Assembly: GCA_022823145.1 (NCBI GenBank)
Contig: JAJDXS010000024.1
Span: 30,319 to 94,318, forward strand
Direction: 5' to 3'
Length of the DNA: 64,000 nucleotides
Source: Gemmatimonadota bacterium
GTDB lineage: Bacteria > Gemmatimonadota > Gemmatimonadetes > Longimicrobiales > Gaopeijiaceae
The translations under genes and the position numbers were made by a program. Shown here in pieces: positions 39,850 through 49,931 of this stretch. Each line of letters opens with the position of its first letter. The stretch's first letter is position 1. The notes below the pieces were generated by a model that worked only from the letters and a program-made list of their open reading frames with translations, was not told where the DNA came from and did no database searches.

Positions 39850-40667
39850 CCGAACTGAAATCCCCCTTCCTCGACCCGCCGAACTCGTTTCTGCTGGACT
39901 GCGACACGGAGACCGGCGTGGCGCGGATCACGCTGAACCGGCCCGAGCGGCTGAACGCGCTGACGTTCGAGGTCTACGACGAGTTGCGAAACACCTTCCG
40001 GGCGCTGGATACCGAGCCCGAGGTGCGCGCGGTCGTGATCACGGGCGCGGGGCGCGGGTTCTGCAGCGGCGGGGATGTCGAGGACATCATCGGGGCGCTG
40101 TTCGACCGCGATTTCGACGGGCTGCTCGAGTTCACGCGGATGACGTGCGACGTGATCGAGGCGATTCGGCGGTGTCGGCAGCCGGTCGTGGCGGCGCTGA
40201 ACGGGACGGTGGCGGGTGCGGGCGCGGTGATTGCCACGGCGTGCGATGTGCGAATCGCGGCCGAGTCTGCGCGGATCGCGTATCTGTTTACGCGCGTGGG
40301 GCTTTCGGGGGCGGACATGGGAGCGGCGTGGCTGCTGCCGCGGATTGTGGGTCTCGGGCGGGCGACCGAGCTGCTGATGACCGGGGCGTTCATCGACGCG
40401 GCCGAGGCGCACCGGATCGGGCTGTACAACCGGGTGGTGCCGGACGGCGAGTTGGTCGACGCGGCGACGGAGCTGGCGGAGACGCTGGCGCGCGGGCCGT
40501 CGTTCGCGCTGCAGGTGACCAAGGAGGCGCTGAACCGGGAGGCGCACATGAAGCTCGGCGAGGCGCTAGAGGCCGAGGCGCGGGCGCAGGCGGTGTGCAT
40601 GCTGAACCCGAACTTCCGCGAGGCCTACCAGGCGTTCATCGAGAAGCGGAGGCCGCGCTTTGATTGA
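39846..40667 (+). CDS. Enoyl-CoA hydratase/isomerase (crotonase) family protein
   Basis: ATG 39846. ARITLNRPERLNAL..VVITGAGRGFCSGGDV..AALNGTVAGAGAVIA. Confidence 0.88.
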   Translation: MTELKSPFLDPPNSFLLDCDTETGVARITLNRPERLNALTFEVYDELRNTFRALDTEPEVRAVVITGAGRGFCSGGDVEDIIGALFDRDFDGLLEFTRMTCDVIEAIRRCRQPVVAALNGTVAGAGAVIATACDVRIAAESARIAYLFTRVGLSGADMGAAWLLPRIVGLGRATELLMTGAFIDAAEAHRIGLYNRVVPDGELVDAATELAETLARGPSFALQVTKEALNREAHMKLGEALEAEARAQAVCMLNPNFREAYQAFIEKRRPRFD

Positions 40668-41826
40668 CGCGGACGGGCTGTCGCTCGATCCGGTTGCGGC
40701 GTTCGTGGAGGGTCGCCATCGGGAGTACCGGGAGCGGGTTGCGGCGTTCTGCCGGGACGAGATCGCGGACCGGCCGGACCCGGAGAGCGACGCCGGCGCG
40801 CGGGTGCGGGCGCGGGAGCTGGTCGGGCTCATGGGGGCGGCGGGGCTCTTCCGGCCGATCGCGGAGGCGGATGTGCGGGGGTGTCTGGTGGCGCGCGAGG
40901 TGCTGGGGTGGTGGTCGCCGCTGGCGGATGCGGTCTTCGCGCTGCAGGGGCTGAGCGCGACGCCGGGGCTGGTCGTCGGTGAGGATCCGGGCGGCTGGGT
41001 GGCGCGGGCGCTCGCCGGCGAGGCGGTGGGCGCGTTCGCGATGACCGAGTGGGAGGCGGGGTCGGACGTGGCGTCGATGGCGACGGCGGCGGTGCCGGAG
41101 GGGGACGGGGCGGGTCACTATGTGCTCGACGGCGGCAAGGCGTTCATCTCGAATGCCGGGATCGCGGACTTCTACGTGGTGTTCGCGTCGACGGATCCGG
41201 GTGGGGGGACGCGGGGGATCTCGTGCTTCGTGGTGCCCGCCGATGCGCCCGGGCTGGAGTTTGTGGGCGCGCAGGTGATGAGCGCGCCGCACCCGCTCGG
41301 TGAGATCCGCTTCCGCAGCTGCCGGGTGCCGGCGGGGACGCTGTTGGGCAAGGCCGGTGCGGGGTTCAGGACGGGGATGTCGGCGCTTGACCGGCTTCGC
41401 CCCACGGTGGCGGCTGCCGCATGCGGGATGGCCGGGCGCGCGCTGTGGGAGGCGGTGCAGCACGCGCGGCGCCGGCAGCAGTTCGGGAAGCCGCTGGGGT
41501 CCTTCCAGCTGATCCAGGAAAAGCTCGCCGAGTCGGCCACGGAGCTGACGGCCGGGCGGCTGCTCACCTACCGCGCCGCGTGGGAGAAGGACCGGGGAGC
41601 CGCCCGGATCACCGTCGAGGCGGCGATGGCGAAGGCGTTCTCGACCGAGGCCGCGCAGCGGATCGTGGACCGCTCGGTGCAGGTCCTGGGGGGCAGGGGC
41701 GTGCTCGCGTCTCATCCGGTGGATCACCTCTACCGGAGCGTGCGCGCGCTGCGCATTTACGAGGGGACTACCGAGATCCAGCACCTGATCATCGGCGGCG
41801 CGCTGGTCAGGGGATCCTCCCCTTGA
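40660..41826 (+). CDS. Acyl-CoA dehydrogenase family protein
   Basis: 388 aa. AFAMTEWEAGSDV, FISNAG, RIYEGTTEIQ. TTG 40660 overlaps the preceding stop by 8 nt. A downstream start is possible. Confidence 0.88.
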   Translation: MIDADGLSLDPVAAFVEGRHREYRERVAAFCRDEIADRPDPESDAGARVRARELVGLMGAAGLFRPIAEADVRGCLVAREVLGWWSPLADAVFALQGLSATPGLVVGEDPGGWVARALAGEAVGAFAMTEWEAGSDVASMATAAVPEGDGAGHYVLDGGKAFISNAGIADFYVVFASTDPGGGTRGISCFVVPADAPGLEFVGAQVMSAPHPLGEIRFRSCRVPAGTLLGKAGAGFRTGMSALDRLRPTVAAAACGMAGRALWEAVQHARRRQQFGKPLGSFQLIQEKLAESATELTAGRLLTYRAAWEKDRGAARITVEAAMAKAFSTEAAQRIVDRSVQVLGGRGVLASHPVDHLYRSVRALRIYEGTTEIQHLIIGGALVRGSSP

Positions 41827-44177
41827 AGGTCAACGTCGTCGGGGGCGGGCCCGGCGGCCTCTTCGCCGCGCTGCTCCTCAAGAAGGACGACCCGCGCCGC
41901 GCCGTGCAGGTCTTCGAGCGCAACCGCCCCGACGACACCTTCGGCTTCGGCGTCGTCTTCTCGGACGCGACGCTTCAGGAGGTCGCCGACGCCGACCCGC
42001 CGACCCTTCGCGCCATCGAGGAACGCTTCTACCACTGGGACGACATCCACATCCACTACCGGGGGCGTCGCCTGGAGTCGACCGGGCACGGCTTCGCGGG
42101 ACTGTCGCGCCGAGAGCTGCTGCTGCTGTTGCACCGGCGCTGCCGCGAGGTGGGGGTGGAGCTGCACTTCGAGACGGATGTGGGGGATCTGGACCCGTAC
42201 CTGGATGCCGACCTGGTGATCGGTGCGGACGGCCTGAACAGCGCCGTGCGGGAGCGGTTCGCCGACGCCTTCGAGCCCGCCGTCGACCTGCGCCCCAACC
42301 GCTTCGTATGGCTGGGCACAAAGCGGCCCTTCCCCGCGTTCACCTTCCATTTCCGCGAGGACGAGCACGGCCTCTGGCGGGTGCATGCGTACCAGTATGA
42401 CGCCTCGGGCAGGTCGACGTTCATCGTGGAGGCGACCGACGAGACGTGGCGGGGCGCGGGGATGCACCGGGCCGGCGAGGAAGAGACGGTCCGCTTCCTG
42501 TCCCGGCTCTTCGCCGACGAGCTCGACGGCCATCCGCTGATTCGCAACCGGTCGGTGTGGCGGCGCTTCCCCACGGTCGTGAACGCTCGCTGGTCGGCGG
42601 GCAACGTCGTACTCCTCGGGGACGCGGCACACACGGCGCACTTCTCGGTGGGGTCCGGCACGCGGCTGGCCATGCTCGACGCAATCGCCCTGGCGGACGC
42701 GCTGCGGGAGCACGGGCCGGACGGGTGCGGCCGGGCACCCCTCGCCGATGCGCTGGCCGTCTACGAGGCCGAGCGCCGTCGGCCGGTCGAGTCGCTGCAG
42801 CGCGCGGCCCAGGCCAGCCTGCAGTGGTTCGAGGACACCGAGCGCTACTTCCGGCTGGAGCCCGAGCAGTTCGCCTTTTCGCTGCTGACGCGTAGCCTGC
42901 GCATCTCGCACGAGAACCTGCGCGAACGCGACCCGGGGTTCGTGGAAGAGGTGGACCGGTGGTTGGCGCGAAAGGCCGAGATCCAGGCCGGGGTGACGAT
43001 TGCGGAGCATGAAGAGTCGCTGGGGATCGTGCGGGCCGCCGGAGACCGCGCGCCTCCGCCCCCGCTGTTCACGCCGTTTCGCCTGCGCGAGCTCACGCTG
43101 GCGAACCGTGTGGGCGTCTCGGCCATGTGCCAGTATTCGGCCCAGGACGGGACGGTCGACGACTGGCACCTCATCAACCTCGGCTCCCGTGCCATCGGCG
43201 GCGCGGGACTCGTGATGGCCGAGATGACGGCGATCGGGCGTGACGGGCGTATCTCGCTGGGTTGCGCGGGCATTTACATGGCTGAACACGTCACCGCGTG
43301 GCGGCGCCTGGTCGACTTTGTGAAGCGGTTCACAAGCGCGGCTGTCGGGATCCAGCTGGGCCACGCGGGGCGCAAGGGGTCGACGCGACTGGACTGGGAG
43401 GGCCCCAATGAGCCCCTCGACGAGGGCGGCTGGCCCATCGTGTCGGCCTCGCCGATCGGGTTCTTCGAGCACAGCCCGGTGCCGGCGGAGCTGGACGAGG
43501 CGGGGATGGATGCGTTGGTCGCGGACTTCGAGCGGTCCACCGAAATGGCGGTCGAGGCGGGGTTCGACATCGTCGAGATCCACATGGCGCACGGGTATCT
43601 GCTGGCCAGCTTCCTGTCGCCGCTGACCAACCGGCGCACTGACGACTACGGCGGCAGCCTGGAGAATCGGCTGCGGTTTCCGTTGCGGGTGGTCGACGCG
43701 GTGCGTGCGGTGTGGCCGGACGAGCTTCCGCTCTCGGTGAGGCTGTCGGCGGTCGACTGGTGGCCCGGCGGCAACGAGCCCGGGGACGCGGTCGAGATTT
43801 CGCGGGCGCTGAAAGCCCACGGATGCGATGTCGTGGACGTTTCGGCCGGACAGACGGTGCCCTACCAGCGGCCCCGGTACGGGCGGCAGTTCCAGACGCC
43901 GTTCGCGGACCGGATCCGCCACGAGGTCGGGATCGCGACCATGGCCGTCGGGAACATCTCGTCCTTCGAGGATGTGAACGGGATCATCGCGGCGGGCCGG
44001 GCCGACCTGTGCCTGATGGCGCGTGCGCACCTGTGGGATCCATACTGGACAAGGCACGCCGCCTACGCGCTGGGGTATCCCCTGCCGTGGCCATCGCAGT
44101 ACGAGACTCTGGACAACTATACGCCGCGGTTCGGCGCGGCTTCGGGGGCCTACGGGCCGGAGACCGGAGATGAGTGA
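41823..44177 (+). CDS. Anthraniloyl-CoA (2-aminobenzoyl-CoA) monooxygenase/reductase-type fusion: FAD aromatic-ring hydroxylase plus Old-Yellow-Enzyme-like FMN reductase
   Basis: TTG 41823 (TTGA overlap). N-terminus VNVVGGGPGGLFAALLL (FAD GxGxxG) and LLGDAAHTAHFSVGSG. C-terminal OYE half: FTPFRLRELTLANRVGVSAMCQY..HMAHGYLLASFLSP..RTDDYGGSLENR. About 784 aa. Salicylyl-CoA 5-hydroxylases share this architecture. The track ORF starts at 41421. Confidence 0.85.
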   Translation: MKVNVVGGGPGGLFAALLLKKDDPRRAVQVFERNRPDDTFGFGVVFSDATLQEVADADPPTLRAIEERFYHWDDIHIHYRGRRLESTGHGFAGLSRRELLLLLHRRCREVGVELHFETDVGDLDPYLDADLVIGADGLNSAVRERFADAFEPAVDLRPNRFVWLGTKRPFPAFTFHFREDEHGLWRVHAYQYDASGRSTFIVEATDETWRGAGMHRAGEEETVRFLSRLFADELDGHPLIRNRSVWRRFPTVVNARWSAGNVVLLGDAAHTAHFSVGSGTRLAMLDAIALADALREHGPDGCGRAPLADALAVYEAERRRPVESLQRAAQASLQWFEDTERYFRLEPEQFAFSLLTRSLRISHENLRERDPGFVEEVDRWLARKAEIQAGVTIAEHEESLGIVRAAGDRAPPPPLFTPFRLRELTLANRVGVSAMCQYSAQDGTVDDWHLINLGSRAIGGAGLVMAEMTAIGRDGRISLGCAGIYMAEHVTAWRRLVDFVKRFTSAAVGIQLGHAGRKGSTRLDWEGPNEPLDEGGWPIVSASPIGFFEHSPVPAELDEAGMDALVADFERSTEMAVEAGFDIVEIHMAHGYLLASFLSPLTNRRTDDYGGSLENRLRFPLRVVDAVRAVWPDELPLSVRLSAVDWWPGGNEPGDAVEISRALKAHGCDVVDVSAGQTVPYQRPRYGRQFQTPFADRIRHEVGIATMAVGNISSFEDVNGIIAAGRADLCLMARAHLWDPYWTRHAAYALGYPLPWPSQYETLDNYTPRFGAASGAYGPETGDE

Positions 44178-44961
44178 ACGACCAGAACAGATGGACTATC
44201 AGTACTTCGCCATGCTCCCGGAGCTGCTGTCCCTGCAGCGGCCGCTCTCCGATCCGCCGGAGCACGACGAGATGCTGTTCATCATCGTCCACCAGGTGCA
44301 CGAGCTGTGGTTCAAGGCCGCACTGCACGAGCTAGATCATGCACGAGACCTTTTTGTTGCCGGCGATGAGCCCCGCGTGTCCGCGACGCTCAAGCGCGTG
44401 CGCTCGATCATGAAGGTCCTGGTGGGCCAGCTGGACATCCTGGAGACGATGACGCCCGTCGAGTTCGAGTCCTTCCGCGACCGGCTCGACACGGCCAGCG
44501 GTTTCCAGTCGGCGCAGTTCCGGGAGCTGGAATTCGCATTTGGAATGAAGAAGGCTTCGGTGCTCAAGGCGTTTCCGTACGCGGATGAACAGCGGCGGCT
44601 GCAGCGCCGGCTTGAGGAGCCGTCGCTCTGGGACGCCTTCCTGCGGTTTCTGGTCGGCAAGGGGTACCAGGTCCCGGAGGGCGCGCTTGGCCGCGATGTG
44701 ACGGAATCCGTGGCGCCGGACCCGCAGGTGCAGGCGATGCTGGTCGAGGCGTACCGCTCGGATCCGGGGCTGGTCAACCTCTGCGAGCGCCTGGTGGATC
44801 TGGATGAGGGGTTCCAGGAGTGGCGCTACAGGCACGTCAAGATGGTGGAGCGCACGATCGGCAATAAGCCGGGGACGGGGGACAGCGCGGGGGTGGCCTA
44901 CCTGGCGACCACGATCAAGCCGGCGTTTCCGGACCTGTGGGAGATGAGGACGGCGTTGTGA
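44170..44961 (+). CDS. kynA: Tryptophan 2,3-dioxygenase
   Basis: ATG 44170 overlaps the upstream stop by 8 nt. HQVHELWFK, SGFQSAQFRELEF, WRYRHVKMVERTIGNKPGTGDSAGVAYL are TDO heme-pocket motifs. Confidence 0.9.
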   Translation: MSERPEQMDYQYFAMLPELLSLQRPLSDPPEHDEMLFIIVHQVHELWFKAALHELDHARDLFVAGDEPRVSATLKRVRSIMKVLVGQLDILETMTPVEFESFRDRLDTASGFQSAQFRELEFAFGMKKASVLKAFPYADEQRRLQRRLEEPSLWDAFLRFLVGKGYQVPEGALGRDVTESVAPDPQVQAMLVEAYRSDPGLVNLCERLVDLDEGFQEWRYRHVKMVERTIGNKPGTGDSAGVAYLATTIKPAFPDLWEMRTAL

Positions 44962-46193
44962 CCTCGGAGCCGAACGGCGTGGCCGGGCACACTGCTTCCG
45001 ATATGGCGCGCCACTACTCGCGCTTTCGCGTGGCGGACCGGGTGTTGCTCACCGGGCACTCCCACCAGGCCTGGCCGGATGTGGCGTTTTCCGCCCAGAA
45101 GCAAGCCTGGCTCGACGCTGCGGAGATGGTGGACGACAAGTGGGGGCGGGCCTTCGAAGTCGCTGACGAGGTGAGGGCCGGGTATCGGCAGCTCCTGGAC
45201 GACCCGGACGGGCACATCGCGCTGGGGCAGAATACGCACGAGCTGCTGATCCGGTTCCTCTCAGCGCTGCCGCTGCGGGAGCGGCCGCGCCTGGTCACGA
45301 CCGACGGCGAGTTCCACACAATCCGGCGTCAGCTCGACCGCCTGGAAGCCGAAGGGATCGAGATCGTGCGCGTGGCGACGGGCACTGGTGACGGGGCGAG
45401 CAGGGACGGGGCGGTGGCGGAGGGGCTGGTGGACGCCGTGGACGACCGGACCGCCGCGGTGCTGGTCTCGTCGGTGCTGTTCCGGGACGCGCGGATCGTG
45501 GAAGGGCTGGACGAGGTGGCCGCGGCGTGCGCAAGGGTGGGAGCCGAGTTGCTCGTGGACGCCTACCATTCGCTCAACGCGGTGCCGTTTTCGGTCGTGG
45601 AAATGGGGTTGAAGGACGCGTTCGTCGTGGGCGGCGGGTACAAGTACTGCCAGCTGGGGGAGGGAAACTGCTTCCTGAGGTTCCCGCGGGACTGCGAGTT
45701 GCGGCCCGTGCTGACGGGCTGGTTCGCGGAGTTCGGGACGCTGGCGGCGGAGGCGCGGGGAGAGGCGGGCGAAGGCGGCGTTGCATACGGAGAGGGGCAC
45801 CTGCGGTTCGCGGGGTCCACGTACGATCCGGTCAGCCACTATCGCGGCGCGGCGGTGTTCGAGTTCTTCCGCAAGATGGGGCTCGACGCGGAGCGGTTGC
45901 GGGAGATCAGCCTGGCGCAGATCCGGCGGTTGGCATCGCGGGTCGACGCCCTGGACCTGGATCCGGCGTTGCTGTCGCGGGATAGCCCGGTTCGGCTGGA
46001 GCGAAGGGGCGGGTTTCTGGCGCTGGAGGTGCCCCGCGCCGGGGAGGTCTGCTGCAAACTGCGTGGACGGAGGGTCTACGCCGATTCCCGGGGCCGGGTG
46101 CTGCGCCTGGGTCCCGCCCCGTACGTGACCGCACGGCAGTTGGACGACGCCGTGGACGAGCTGGGGGCGGTGGTCAGGGGGCTTGCGGGATAA
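44937..46193 (+). CDS. kynU: Kynureninase-like PLP-dependent hydrolase (aminotransferase class V fold)
   Basis: 418 aa. LVDAYHSLNAVPF..FVVGGGYKYCQLGEGNCFL..VLTGWFAEF parallels the kynureninase DLAHS..CTYKYLNGGPG..SGWFGH region. The start is uncertain: ATG 44937, GTG 44958 (GTGA overlap with the kynA stop) or ATG 45003. Confidence 0.75.
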   Translation: MGDEDGVVTSEPNGVAGHTASDMARHYSRFRVADRVLLTGHSHQAWPDVAFSAQKQAWLDAAEMVDDKWGRAFEVADEVRAGYRQLLDDPDGHIALGQNTHELLIRFLSALPLRERPRLVTTDGEFHTIRRQLDRLEAEGIEIVRVATGTGDGASRDGAVAEGLVDAVDDRTAAVLVSSVLFRDARIVEGLDEVAAACARVGAELLVDAYHSLNAVPFSVVEMGLKDAFVVGGGYKYCQLGEGNCFLRFPRDCELRPVLTGWFAEFGTLAAEARGEAGEGGVAYGEGHLRFAGSTYDPVSHYRGAAVFEFFRKMGLDAERLREISLAQIRRLASRVDALDLDPALLSRDSPVRLERRGGFLALEVPRAGEVCCKLRGRRVYADSRGRVLRLGPAPYVTARQLDDAVDELGAVVRGLAG

Positions 46194-46208
46194 CGGTCGG
46201 CAAGGCCG

Positions 46209-47579
46209 TCACCGAACCATCGCCTCCAGCGCGGCGGGATCGCGCGGCAACGAAGCCGTCAGCACCTCTGCGCCGTCCTCCGTCACCAGCACCAACTCCT
46301 CGACGAACACCGAGACCCCGATCTCGTGGTTGTAGTACCACGGCTCCACGGTAAAGACCATGCCAGGCGCGAGCGGCTCGTCGAGCAGCGCGGGGTCGCC
46401 TACCGAAAGGCCGATGTGATGGCCGAAGAACGAGGGCGTCTGCATGTACGGCTCCTCGTCGTCGGGGATGGCCTCGTACGCCACGGCGGTAAGGTCACGC
46501 AGCGTCACCCCCGGGCGCACCGCCGCGATGATCGCCTCCGCGGCACGCGTGCTGACGAGCAGCTTCTCCCGCTGGACATCGCTGAACGACCCGCCCACGG
46601 GAAAGGTGCGCCCGACATCGCTGACGTAGCCGTCCACCTCGCACCCCACGTCGAAAATCACGAGTTCGCCGTCCTGCATGGCCCGGTTGCGCCGGTCGTA
46701 GTGCGCGGCGAGGATCCGCCAGGCCCACAGGCTGTTGGGCCCCGACTTGATGATCGGAGTGAACGGGATCGACTGCGAGCCGAAGGTCCGGCAGGTTCGC
46801 TCGAACTCGCCCTGCAGGCTCCGCTCGTCGATCCCTGAGCGGATCCGGCCGACCGCCGCGCGGATCCCGGCCATGGTCGCATCCGCAGCCGCACGCATCC
46901 GCTGAATCTCGGCCGGCGTCTTCACCATTCGCATGCGCGCGATCACCTCGAACGCGTTCAGCATTGGCGCCCCGGGATGGTCGGACCGCAGGCGGTGGAT
47001 GAGGGCGGCGTTGGCGTCCAGGCCGCCGATCATCGGCACCCCCGGCTCCGTCACCGGCCCGTCCGCGCCTGCGTTGACGCGCAGGGTTGCCCCTTCGGCC
47101 ACCCGTTCCCGCACATAGGCGTCCAGTTCCGCGATGTCCCGGTACTCGTCGATCCCGGCGATGCTGCGAAGCTGATAGTCGTCCAGCAGCGGCCTGCCCG
47201 GGAAGTCGTTCGTCCTGCCGGGATTCTCGAATCGGGGATCCCTCGGCGGCATGAAGAGGACCGACCGGCTGCGGTCGGCGTCGAGGACCAGCATCGACTG
47301 CGGGATCTCGAGCCCGGTCAGATACCAGAAGTCCTCGAGCTGCCGGAAGGTGCCGCCGTGGGTGACGCCGTCGGACGAGGGGGTCAGCAGGAGACCGCCG
47401 CCGGAAGCCCGCAGTCCGTCGATCGTACGGCCCCGCCGATAGTCGTACTCCTGCGGGCGGAAGTCGCGGCGGACCCAGTCGGTGTAGCGCTGTTCCGGGG
47501 TCTGGGCCGCAACCGGCGAGGCCGGAAGAGCGGCGAGAGCGGCCGCGGCGGCGAACGGCAGTGTACGGCTGAGCATCAT
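46209..47579 (-). CDS. Secreted Xaa-Pro aminopeptidase (M24B family)
   Basis: ATG 47579 gives MMLSRTLPFAAAAALAALPASPVAAQ (signal). An AMP_N-like region is followed by FDVGCEVDGYVSDVGRTF, GHHIGLSVGD, TVEPWYY and VFVEELVLVTE. The track ORF extends to 47981. Confidence 0.85.
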   Translation of the reverse strand: MMLSRTLPFAAAAALAALPASPVAAQTPEQRYTDWVRRDFRPQEYDYRRGRTIDGLRASGGGLLLTPSSDGVTHGGTFRQLEDFWYLTGLEIPQSMLVLDADRSRSVLFMPPRDPRFENPGRTNDFPGRPLLDDYQLRSIAGIDEYRDIAELDAYVRERVAEGATLRVNAGADGPVTEPGVPMIGGLDANAALIHRLRSDHPGAPMLNAFEVIARMRMVKTPAEIQRMRAAADATMAGIRAAVGRIRSGIDERSLQGEFERTCRTFGSQSIPFTPIIKSGPNSLWAWRILAAHYDRRNRAMQDGELVIFDVGCEVDGYVSDVGRTFPVGGSFSDVQREKLLVSTRAAEAIIAAVRPGVTLRDLTAVAYEAIPDDEEPYMQTPSFFGHHIGLSVGDPALLDEPLAPGMVFTVEPWYYNHEIGVSVFVEELVLVTEDGAEVLTASLPRDPAALEAMVR

Positions 47580-47657
47580 CCTGCCCTCCCGTGTCGGTGA
47601 CTGTGTTGCATATGGCCAGCCTTTGAGCCCGCCCAGCATCAGGGTAACTTCGCCACC

Positions 47658-48581
47658 ATGAGAATCGCCATCTACGGTGCGGGGGGCGTGGGCGGCTACT
47701 ACGGCGGTGTATTGGCCCGCGCAGGTCACGATGTCTCCCTGCTCGCCCGCGGAGCGCACCTCGAAGCGATCCGTTCGTCGGGGCTCAGCGTGCGCTCTCC
47801 GGGAGGGGACTTCGTGGTACGGCCCGCCGCCGCCACCGACGACCCGGCGGAGATCGGGGCGGTCGACGCCGTCATCGTGGCCGTGAAGTCGATGCATCTT
47901 GCCGCGGTGTGCGGGGGCATCGGGCCGCTCCTTGGCCCCGACACCCTGGTGGTGCCGATGCTCAACGGCGTGGACGCGCACGAGGCCCTGCTTGCCGCCG
48001 CCGGCCGCTCACGCATGGGCAAGGGGCTTACCCGGATCATCAGCGAGGTTGCGGCACCGGGCCAGATCCGCCACGTCGGGGTGGAGCCGTACGTCGCGCT
48101 CGCCGAATGGGACGGCAGCCGGACCAGCCGGGTCGACTCCCTGGTGGCCGCGCTCCGGGACGGGGGCGTGGACGCCGAGGTGCCACCGGACATCGACGCG
48201 GCAATCTGGCTCAAGTTCCTCTTCGTGTGCTCGGTGGGCGGCGTCTGCGGCGCGTGCCGGATGCCGTTGGGCCCGGTCCGCACGCTCCCGGAAAGCCGCG
48301 CCCTTCTGCGCCGGGCCATGGAGGAGATCGCGGCGGTTGCGGCCGCCCACGGAGTATCGCTGCAGGAAGACGCGGTCCCCTTCGCGATGAACACGGTGGA
48401 CAGCTTCCCGGCCGAGGGCACCTCGTCCCTGCAGCGCGACATTGCCGCGGGTGTGCCCTCCGAGCTCGATGCCTGGACCGGGGCGGCGGTGCGCCTGGGG
48501 GCAACGGTGGGAGTTGCGACCCCCGTCCATTCCTTCATCCACGCGGTGCTGCTGCCGAGCGAGATGCAGGCCCGCGGTTAG
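47658..48581 (+). CDS. panE: 2-dehydropantoate 2-reductase (ApbA/PanE family)
   Basis: 307 aa. MRIAIYGAGGVGGYYGGVLARAGHDVSLLARG, followed by a C-terminal SSLQRDI motif region. Confidence 0.8.
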   Translation: MRIAIYGAGGVGGYYGGVLARAGHDVSLLARGAHLEAIRSSGLSVRSPGGDFVVRPAAATDDPAEIGAVDAVIVAVKSMHLAAVCGGIGPLLGPDTLVVPMLNGVDAHEALLAAAGRSRMGKGLTRIISEVAAPGQIRHVGVEPYVALAEWDGSRTSRVDSLVAALRDGGVDAEVPPDIDAAIWLKFLFVCSVGGVCGACRMPLGPVRTLPESRALLRRAMEEIAAVAAAHGVSLQEDAVPFAMNTVDSFPAEGTSSLQRDIAAGVPSELDAWTGAAVRLGATVGVATPVHSFIHAVLLPSEMQARG

Positions 48582-48626
48582 ATTGAAGGGCGGAAGAAGG
48601 GCTTCGGTGGAGAACGGAGTAGCCAC

Positions 48627-49397
48627 GTGCTGATGACACCATGGGTTCAGCGTCTGCTGCTGGCCAACGTCGTGGTGTTTCTGCTCACCTGGGTGAATCC
48701 CGGTCTTCGAACGGACTTCGCGTTCATCCCGGCTCTGGTCCTCTTCAGACCCTGGACCATCGTGACCTACGCGTTCCTGCACGCGAACGGGATGCACATC
48801 CTCTTCAACATGCTCATGCTGTTCTTCTTCGGGCCGAGGCTCGAGGAGCGGCTGGGAAGCCGAACCTTCATCTGGTTCTACATCCTGTGCGGAATCGGCG
48901 GGGCGCTTCTGTCCTTCGTCTTCTCCCCGACCGCCGCGGTGGTCGGTGCTTCCGGCGCGATCTTCGGCGTAGTGATCGGGTTCGCCCGCTACTGGCCCCG
49001 CGAGGACATCTACATCTGGGGCATTCTGCCGATCCAGGCGCGGATGCTTGCGTTCCTCATGGTGGCATCGAGTCTCTTTGCGGGCTTTGCGGGCACCCAG
49101 GACGGGATCGCCCACTTCGCCCATCTCGGAGGCCTGGTGACGGGCTGGCTCTTCCTGCGGCGGTGGGAGAGTCGTCGGCATCGCCGGGTGGTCAAGCAGC
49201 CCAGGAGGACAAGGGTTCAGGTGGAAGTACTGGACGCCGACGCCCTGCGCCGCTGGGAGGCGATCCCCCGCGAGCGGCTGCACGAGATCAACCGCGAGGA
49301 GCTCGACTTCCTGCTGCGGAAAGCCAGGAAAGCCGGCGCCAGGGCGCTGACGCACGAAGAGCGAGCCTTCCTGGACCGCATAGCGAATACGCCGTAG
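48627..49397 (+). CDS. Rhomboid-family intramembrane serine protease
   Basis: 256 aa. YAFLHANGMHILFNMLMLFFFG, GASGAIFG (catalytic Ser), AHLGG (catalytic His). GTG 48627 or ATG 48633. Confidence 0.85.
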   Translation: MLMTPWVQRLLLANVVVFLLTWVNPGLRTDFAFIPALVLFRPWTIVTYAFLHANGMHILFNMLMLFFFGPRLEERLGSRTFIWFYILCGIGGALLSFVFSPTAAVVGASGAIFGVVIGFARYWPREDIYIWGILPIQARMLAFLMVASSLFAGFAGTQDGIAHFAHLGGLVTGWLFLRRWESRRHRRVVKQPRRTRVQVEVLDADALRRWEAIPRERLHEINREELDFLLRKARKAGARALTHEERAFLDRIANTP

Positions 49398-49464
49398 ACC
49401 TCCGGGGCATCCGACCCCTTTTGATCCAACACCGGTTGCGCTCCCCTGGCTGATTGATGTATTA

Positions 49465-49491
49465 TATATCCATATGGGCGATATGGATATA
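49465..49491. promoter_or_regulatory. Perfect 11-bp inverted repeat (TATATCCATAT-GGGCG-ATATGGATATA), candidate operator of the TA operon
   Basis: Read directly: arms 49465..49475 and 49481..49491 are exact reverse complements. It abuts a candidate promoter, TTGCGC (49436..49441) - 18 nt - TATTAT (49460..49465), about 16 nt upstream of the preferred antitoxin ATG. Confidence 0.55.
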
Positions 49492-49506
49492 CCAAACAGG
49501 AAACAC

Positions 49507-49926
49507 ATGAAATACTCCAAGCCAGGAAGCGGGGCGGCGATCTATCCCCTGCTCGTCCGCGAAGGAGCTGTGGCCGCGGTTCGGGGCGGCCTCCCGTTCT
49601 CGGCGCTGGATGGCGTGGCCGGTGCGGCAGGAGTCGGACGTCTGGCGCTGGCCCGTGTCATCGGTCTGCCCTCCACCACGCTGGCCCGCAGACGGAAGGC
49701 CGGCTCGCTGTCTTCGGAAGAGTCCGATCGGCTGGTGCGCGTGGCTCGCCTGGTCTCGATGGTCTACGAGATGATGGGGGGCAACGAGGTCGCTGCCCGC
49801 CGGTGGCTGAGAGATCCCCACGAACTCCTGGAGGGGGAGTCGCCGCTCGAACGGGCCTCGACCGAGGCGGGTGGCCGGGAGGTCGAGCAGATCATCGGAC
49901 GTCTGGCCCACGGGGTATTCGGCTAG
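49507..49926 (+). CDS. Xre-like antitoxin with DUF2384 (ParS/MbcA-type) toxin-binding domain
   Basis: ATG 49507 lies 5 nt after AGGA. LPSTTLARRRKAGSLSSEESDRLVRVARL..EVAARRWLRDPHELLEGESPLE matches the DUF2384 antitoxin pattern. The track ORF start at 49474 lies inside the palindrome. Confidence 0.8.
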   Translation: MKYSKPGSGAAIYPLLVREGAVAAVRGGLPFSALDGVAGAAGVGRLALARVIGLPSTTLARRRKAGSLSSEESDRLVRVARLVSMVYEMMGGNEVAARRWLRDPHELLEGESPLERASTEAGGREVEQIIGRLAHGVFG

Positions 49927-49931
49927 CGGCC